Shown: positions 63,878 to 64,000 of the stretch, piece by piece | How positions within the stretch are numbered: the stretch's first letter is position 1 | How the letters are laid out: every line of letters starts with the position of its first letter | Position numbers and translations under genes: made by a program | The notes under the pieces: model-generated | Database searches by the model: none | What the model saw: only the letters and a program-made list of their open reading frames with translations | What the model was told of the DNA's origin: nothing | Assembly (NCBI GenBank): GCA_035285545.1 | Contig: JAYKGY010000070.1 | Coordinates: 59,496 to 123,495, forward strand | DNA: 64,000 nucleotides | Direction of reading: 5' to 3' | DNA from: Snowella sp. | GTDB taxonomy: Bacteria; Cyanobacteriota; Cyanobacteriia; Cyanobacteriales; Microcystaceae

Positions 63878-64000
63878 CCGTTCAGAGGGTCTAAATCTGA
63901 TAATCTAAAACTCATGGAAGAAAAACAGCTAGTAGAGACAGCAGAAATTGACGAAAAGGATTGGGAAAAAACGCCAGTGAGCGTCAAAAATCTGGTGTTG
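63874..64000 (+). mobile_element. Left end of an IS66-family insertion sequence (continues beyond the window)
   Basis: Starts GTAACCGTTCAG (IS66-type GTAA terminus) exactly where the LRR pattern breaks. Confidence 0.75.
63914..64000 (+). CDS. N-terminus of a probable IS66 transposase (partial)
   Basis: MEEKQLVETAEIDEKDWEKTPVSVKNLVL; DWE.TP.SVK resembles cyanobacterial IS66 transposase N-termini. Confidence 0.65.
   Translation, partial: MEEKQLVETAEIDEKDWEKTPVSVKNLVL

Overview
Chromosomal window from a unicellular cyanobacterium. The HIP1 octamer GCGATCGC is abundant (about 75-80 copies counted by eye) and the gene content is Synechocystis-like, so Chroococcales is an inference. Most of it is housekeeping: glcE/glcF, fabF-like, psb27, sppA, rbcR-type LysR, gltD, hemL, tRNA-Pro(TGG), CIRCE-groEL2, ispF, ho1, rsmG, ictB, cya1-like, lepB, rbp, Fd-GOGAT, a low-oxygen acsF/ho2-hemN-desaturase cluster, gpsA, fbp, ppk1, sixA-gltA, aspC, an RND pump and chlG. 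Five regions stand out. (1) A trx / Cys-rich protein / CP12 operon diverges from a catalytic-domain-less serine-recombinase DNA-binding protein and a stand-alone 4xCBS protein, with a perfect palindrome between them. (2) A duplicated promoter with four CRP-like boxes precedes a solitary PilX-like pilin. (3) A toxin-antitoxin/nuclease islet is partly enclosed by a 28-bp HIP1-anchored direct repeat and contains an ATC-start DUF6888-like gene missing from the ORF track. (4) An IS66-type element truncates an LRR gene at the right edge. (5) A divergent PsaL-like C-terminus lies at the left edge. All family calls come from motif recognition by eye; no searches were run.
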